Source: Gammaproteobacteria bacterium (lineage in GTDB: Bacteria > Pseudomonadota > Gammaproteobacteria > CAJXQU01). Taken from it: 64,000 bases of DNA. Where the stretch lies: assembly GCA_965238175.1 (NCBI GenBank), contig CBDEGZ010000003.1, forward strand, positions 2,208,001 to 2,272,000, given 5' to 3'. Positions 59,617-64,000 of this stretch are shown in pieces. Made by a program: the position numbers and the translations under genes. Positions within the stretch are counted from its first letter, which is position 1; every line of letters starts with the position of its first letter. The notes under the pieces were generated by a model. The model searched no databases, was not told the origin of the DNA, and saw only the letters and a list, made by a program, of their open reading frames with translations.

Positions 59617-59628
59617 ATTGGGTGGTCT

Positions 59629-59936
59629 TACAAGTCTGCCACTTTACGAAGCTGATTTCGGTAGTGTCTCACACTACTGTCACCACAACGCCACCTGGAA
59701 CAAAGGTGATTATACAAGCCTGCCACTTTACGAAGCTGATTTCGGTAGTTGTCTCACACTACTGTCACCACAACGCCACCTGGAACAAAGGTGATTATAC
59801 AAGTCTGCCACTTTACGAAGCTGATTTCGGTAGTGTCTCACACTACTGTCGCCACAATGCCACCTGGGACAAAGGTGGTTATACAGTCGCTGTTTTACGA
59901 AGTTCGTACTGTGCACTACTGCCACAACTAGCCACT
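59629..59936. repeat. Tandem 84/85/84-bp repeats plus a degenerate fourth copy between tRNA-Cys and tRNA-Leu
   Basis: Units start at 59629, 59713, 59798, 59882. Confidence 0.92.
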
Positions 59937-60018
59937 AATTTTTGATCCATATAATTAGTGTTATTCTATTTCAATCGACACCTTTTTTATACAAACATAT
60001 ATCTGCAACGAAGAAGAA

Positions 60019-60092
60019 TGGAGGCTGAACCCGGAATCGAACCGGGGTACACGGCTTTGCAGGCCGCTACATCACCACTCTGCCATTCAGCC
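60019..60092 (-). tRNA. cysT: tRNA-Cys(GCA)
   Basis: 74-nt cloverleaf, loop CTGCAAA, CCA. Confidence 0.97.
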
Positions 60093-60139
60093 TTTAGGTG
60101 TTTGTTAACAATCTTGTTCTTATTCTTACTTCACAAACT

Positions 60140-60165
60140 AAAAACCCCGGTTGTCCGGGGATTTT
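60140..60165 (-). terminator. Hairpin between tRNA-Gly and tRNA-Cys
   Basis: ccccgg-acaa-ccgggg-ttttt on minus strand. Confidence 0.5.
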
Positions 60166-60175
60166 AAGAATATTC

Positions 60176-60250
60176 TGGAGCGGGAAACGAGATTCGAACT
60201 CGCGACCCCAACCTTGGCAAGGTTGTGCTCTACCACTGAGCTATTCCCGC
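60176..60250 (-). tRNA. glyW: tRNA-Gly(GCC)
   Basis: GCGGGAATAGCTCAG...TTGCCAA...TCCCGCTCCA; symbol by synteny. Confidence 0.97.
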
Positions 60251-60267
60251 TTAAATTAAGACGCGCC

Positions 60268-60295
60268 ATTTTAACTGTTGTTACAGTTCTGTCAA
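60268..60295 (-). promoter_or_regulatory. tRNA operon sigma70 promoter
   Basis: TTGACA-16 nt-TAAAAT followed by GC-rich discriminator GGCGCG. Confidence 0.8.
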
Positions 60296-60346
60296 GACGA
60301 GAACCTTGTGTTTGTGGCGTTTCGCTAACAACTTCTGTTTCATTAT

Positions 60347-60904
60347 TCAGACCTTTTCATCCGACAGACTTGGCCATGCTGCTATTAAATATAAACACAT
60401 AGACCAAACTGTTAGAACTGCGGCTATATAAAGTAGAACATACCCAATCGTAAAAGTGGCTATAGCTCCAATGGGGTCTCGATATATTAGGCAAAAAATA
60501 GCAATCATCTGTGCCGTTGTTTTCACTTTCCCTAATGTCGAGACTGCCACCTGACTACGAGCACCGACTTCAGCCATCCATTCTCTTAAAGCTGAGATCG
60601 TGATTTCACGCCCGATTATGATGGCAGTCGGAATAGCTAACCAAACCGTTGGGTGTTGTTGCAATAACACAATCAAAACCGTCGAGACCATTAATTTATC
60701 AGCGACTGGATCAAGAAAAGCACCGAGTGATGACTCCTGGTTTAATTTTCTTGCCAGGTACCCATCAAGTAAATCGGTAAATGCCGCAACGGCAAAGATG
60801 GTTGCAGAAACTTCGTAGACCCACTCATAAGGAAGATAAAAGACCACCACAAAAACTGGGATCAAAATTATTCTTAGTAGTGTCAGTATATTAGGTATAT
60901 TCAT
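60347..60904 (-). CDS. pgsA: CDP-diacylglycerol--glycerol-3-phosphate 3-phosphatidyltransferase
   Basis: MNIPNILTLLR, TDLLDGYLAR, GAFLDPVADK. Confidence 0.97.
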   Translation of the reverse strand: MNIPNILTLLRIILIPVFVVVFYLPYEWVYEVSATIFAVAAFTDLLDGYLARKLNQESSLGAFLDPVADKLMVSTVLIVLLQQHPTVWLAIPTAIIIGREITISALREWMAEVGARSQVAVSTLGKVKTTAQMIAIFCLIYRDPIGAIATFTIGYVLLYIAAVLTVWSMCLYLIAAWPSLSDEKV

Positions 60905-62739
60905 TCGTGAAATATTTGATAGATTTTTTCGGCCAGTTGCTTACTAATACCTGGTACTTGTTGTAAGTCATCAACCCCGGCATTCGTAATACCCTGTAGC
61001 CCACCGAAATGCCTGATCAAACTTTGTCGTCGTTTGTTTCCAACACCTTCAATCTTTTCAAGTGGTGAAACTCCTCTTTTTTTATCCCGCTGTTTGCGAT
61101 GTCCAGTTATCGCAAATCGATGCGCTTCATCTCTAATTTGTTGGATCAGATGTAATGCTGGAGCATCTGCAGCCAGTGACATGGTAGCGCGCCCATCTGA
61201 AAGTACAAGGGTTTCCTCGCCAGGTTTTCGTGCTGGGCCTTTCGCAACCCCAACAATCGTAATTTCAGTGATTTGTAAATTTTCTAACACATCTACCGCT
61301 TGAGTAACCTGCCCTTTTCCACCATCTATCAATAACAATTCAGGCATTTTGCCTTCTTCTTTTTTTATGCGTGAATAGCGCCGTTCAAGTGCTTGATGCA
61401 TAGCTGCATAATCATCACCAGGAATTATATTTTTAATATTAAAACGCCGATATTGGGCTTTCAGTGCACCTTCTTTTCCAAACACAACACACGAGGCGAC
61501 TGTTGATTCTCCACTCGTGTGACTTATATCGAAACACTCAATCCGTTCGATTACTTCATCCATTCCTAATGCTTCTGTTAGCGCTTCATTGCGCTTCCTT
61601 TGACTACTTGTTGTCGAAAATTTTTGTGCTAAAGCAAGGCTGGCATTCTCTTTTGCCATTTTTACCCAACGTGCCCGATCACCTCGTAATTCATTTTTGA
61701 TCTTCACTTTATGGCCACATTGACCTTCCATCACCTCCGCAACTAAGTCACTACCTTCAATCTTGTGGCTCAATAGTATCGTTGGTGGTATTTCACGATC
61801 AGTACGATCTGTCAGGTAATATTGCGAGATGAAAGCGGTCAGGATCTCACTTTGCTCAGATTCTTTTGAATGTGCTGGAAAAAACACCTTATTACCCAAA
61901 TTGTGACCACCCCGTATAATAAACAATGTGACACAACTCATCCCCTTTTGAACTTCACACGCAATAATGTCAATATTGTTACTGCCCGAGCTGATGTATT
62001 GTTTTTGCTGTACAACATTAAGTACATTTATTTGATCTCGATAACGCGCAGCCGTTTCAAATTCAAGCTTGTTCGAAGCTTGCTCCATTCTATCAGCCAG
62101 TAAATCACTTACTTCTTGGTTCCTTCCTTGTAAAAATAATTCTGCATGATGCACATCCTGTTGATAGTCTTTACTTTCAATGAAGTTGACGCATGGCGCG
62201 GTACATCGATCAATTTGAAACTGTAAACAAGGACGAGAGCGGTTATTAAAATAACTGTCTTCACATTGGCGGATCTGGAAAAGTTTCTGCAATAAAGTCA
62301 ACGTCTTACGAACGGATCCTGCACCAGGATATGGGCCAAAGTATTTACCCTTTCCTTTTCTCGCACCTCTATGAAAGCTTAGCCGAGGAAACTTTTGATC
62401 ACTGGAAAGATAAATATAGGGATACGCTTTGTCATCTCTTAACAGTACGTTGTAACGTGGCTTCAGTTCTTTGATCAGATTATTTTCGAGGATCAACGCC
62501 TCCTTTTCAGTATGCGTTACCGTGATCTCAACACCGGCAACATTAGCCACCATAGAACGAGTTTTAGGTGCATGTTGTTTTGAGCTCTGAAAATAACTAG
62601 TGACTCTATTTTTTAGATTTTTAGCCTTACCTACATAAATAACCGTTTGCTTGTTATCTAACATACGATAGACGCCAGGTTTACCGGTTAAGTTCTTGCA
62701 GTATTCTTTCCCATCAAAATCTTTCATATCGCCTGTCAT
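60901..62739 (-). CDS. uvrC: Excinuclease ABC subunit C
   Basis: PGVYRM, YVGKAKNLK, ECFDISH, IDGGKGQ, RDEAHRFA. Confidence 0.98.
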   Translation of the reverse strand: MTGDMKDFDGKEYCKNLTGKPGVYRMLDNKQTVIYVGKAKNLKNRVTSYFQSSKQHAPKTRSMVANVAGVEITVTHTEKEALILENNLIKELKPRYNVLLRDDKAYPYIYLSSDQKFPRLSFHRGARKGKGKYFGPYPGAGSVRKTLTLLQKLFQIRQCEDSYFNNRSRPCLQFQIDRCTAPCVNFIESKDYQQDVHHAELFLQGRNQEVSDLLADRMEQASNKLEFETAARYRDQINVLNVVQQKQYISSGSNNIDIIACEVQKGMSCVTLFIIRGGHNLGNKVFFPAHSKESEQSEILTAFISQYYLTDRTDREIPPTILLSHKIEGSDLVAEVMEGQCGHKVKIKNELRGDRARWVKMAKENASLALAQKFSTTSSQRKRNEALTEALGMDEVIERIECFDISHTSGESTVASCVVFGKEGALKAQYRRFNIKNIIPGDDYAAMHQALERRYSRIKKEEGKMPELLLIDGGKGQVTQAVDVLENLQITEITIVGVAKGPARKPGEETLVLSDGRATMSLAADAPALHLIQQIRDEAHRFAITGHRKQRDKKRGVSPLEKIEGVGNKRRQSLIRHFGGLQGITNAGVDDLQQVPGISKQLAEKIYQIFHE

Positions 62740-62893
62740 AGGTAAATTATATCTGGATCAAAAATTCCTTTCTGGATTTATCTTTCCGGATCCATTATTG
62801 ACTACTTTTGTCACATTCAGACACCATTAAAAGCTAAAATATCGTGCTATAGTTTTATCTCAATAAATTTGGTCGCTGCAGGATATTATTAAC

Positions 62894-63319
62894 ATGTCAT
62901 TTCAAAAGAAACGTTTAAGTGGATTTTCACTGATCGAATTACTGGTCGTCTTAGTTATTCTCGGTTTATTAGCCGCCGTCGTCGGACCCAATGTAATGAA
63001 TAAACTTGGTGGGGCAAAATCAAAAACCGCCCGTTTGCAAATTGAAGATTTAAGTGCTGCGCTTGACATTTTTTCACTTGAAATTGGACGCTATCCCAAC
63101 ACAAATGAAGGCTTAAAAGCACTCGTCACTAACCCTGGTGATGCTTCAAACTGGAATGGTCCTTATCTCAAGAAAAAAACGATTCCTGATGACCCTTGGG
63201 GAAATGCTTATCACTATAAATCACCCGGTGATAATGGCTCCTATGATCTATATTCATTAGGCGCGGATAATGCTCAAGGTGGTGATAAAGATAGCGCTGA
63301 TATTAACAGTTGGGAATAA
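62894..63319 (+). CDS. gspG: Type II secretion major pseudopilin
   Basis: GFSLIELLVV, GRYP..EGL.AL, WNGPYL, DPWGN.Y. Confidence 0.95.
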   Translation: MSFQKKRLSGFSLIELLVVLVILGLLAAVVGPNVMNKLGGAKSKTARLQIEDLSAALDIFSLEIGRYPNTNEGLKALVTNPGDASNWNGPYLKKKTIPDDPWGNAYHYKSPGDNGSYDLYSLGADNAQGGDKDSADINSWE

Positions 63320-63349
63320 CAACCCAGTATCTCTCTAAGAAATATAGCC

Positions 63350-63862
63350 ATGCTCCTTTTCTCATCTTCAGTTAGAAAAAACCAGGCGGATCAAAAAGGT
63401 TTTTCACTACTAGAAATATTAGTTGTGCTAGTCATTATTGGATTTATGGTAGTCCTAGTTCCGCCACGTTTATCAGGTGTAATAGCTAGCACACAAGCTA
63501 AAGCATCTGCCAGAGATATGGTTTCAGCTTTACGACAATCACGTAGTCATGCTATTGGTCGTCAAAAAGAACAAACTTTTAAACTTGATCTAAAGAAAAA
63601 AACGTTCACATTTGATCAAAAAAAGATCAAAAAACTACCAGAAAATTTAAAAATCAGTCTGTATACTGCACGATCGGAGCAATTTTCGGATCAAACCGGC
63701 GCAATCCGTTTTTTCCCAGATGGTTCTTCTACAGGTGGAAGAATCAAACTAACAATGAATAATTTACATCTTTTCATTGATATAAATTGGCTAACAGGGA
63801 AAGTGGCTTTACTTGAGAATCTCGATCCTGAACAATGGAAACTGGGTCAAAATAATCACTAA
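63350..63862 (+). CDS. gspH: Type II secretion minor pseudopilin
   Basis: GFSLLEILVV, IRFFPDGSSTGG, WLTG; follows gspG. Confidence 0.85.
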   Translation: MLLFSSSVRKNQADQKGFSLLEILVVLVIIGFMVVLVPPRLSGVIASTQAKASARDMVSALRQSRSHAIGRQKEQTFKLDLKKKTFTFDQKKIKKLPENLKISLYTARSEQFSDQTGAIRFFPDGSSTGGRIKLTMNNLHLFIDINWLTGKVALLENLDPEQWKLGQNNH

Positions 63863-64000
63863 CACTATAATCAATCATGGTATAAACATTGCCCGGCAAA
63901 TGGAAACCAAATCAAAAATAATCACTAACGTTACAGGTTTTATAGTCATTTATGAATCAGCCATCTAAAAAACAAACATTTTTTTCTTTTTCTCGTTCTC

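Noticed and set aside
59629-59936. Possible CRISPR array
   Set aside because: Whole 84-bp units repeat with no unique spacers, and there are no cas genes in the window.
59514-60402. ORFs called across the tRNA cluster
   Set aside because: They overlap or are antisense to tRNA genes and repeats; likely spurious.

Overview
Gammaproteobacterial chromosome segment. The left part (1-18.3 kb) carries host genes: formate dehydrogenase alpha C-terminus, an RND efflux operon, a GGDEF protein, a peptidoglycan-binding repeat protein, an OmpA-family lipoprotein, rnd, rluB, a REC-STAS protein and a CreD-like pair, plus IS scars that the ORF track misses (mini-IS3, deleted IS982). A short AT-rich island follows (glycosyltransferase, IS256 and IS3 fragments). 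An apparently complete Mu-like transposable prophage with a non-contractile tail spans 20373-59468 (TG...CA ends, 5-bp TATAG target duplication), about 60 bp downstream of tRNA-Leu(TAA) in the uvrC-pgsA-tRNA(Gly,Cys,Leu) locus; gspG and gspH end the window. Best candidate for a new system: an independently promoted three-gene operon between the Mu G homolog and protease I (the anti-CRISPR position in D3112-like phages) with a palindromic operator, a very acidic 93-aa protein, an 81-aa protein and an unannotated 55-aa RHH-like protein. Also notable: a phage initiator-like tRNA with a changed anticodon stem, apparently leaderless late promoters, an orphan second phage right end beside the tRNA, a 1079-aa Ig/cadherin-repeat protein in the head module, a 132-bp duplication in the portal gene and 84-bp structured repeats upstream of tRNA-Leu. 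All calls come from reading the sequence; no database search was run.
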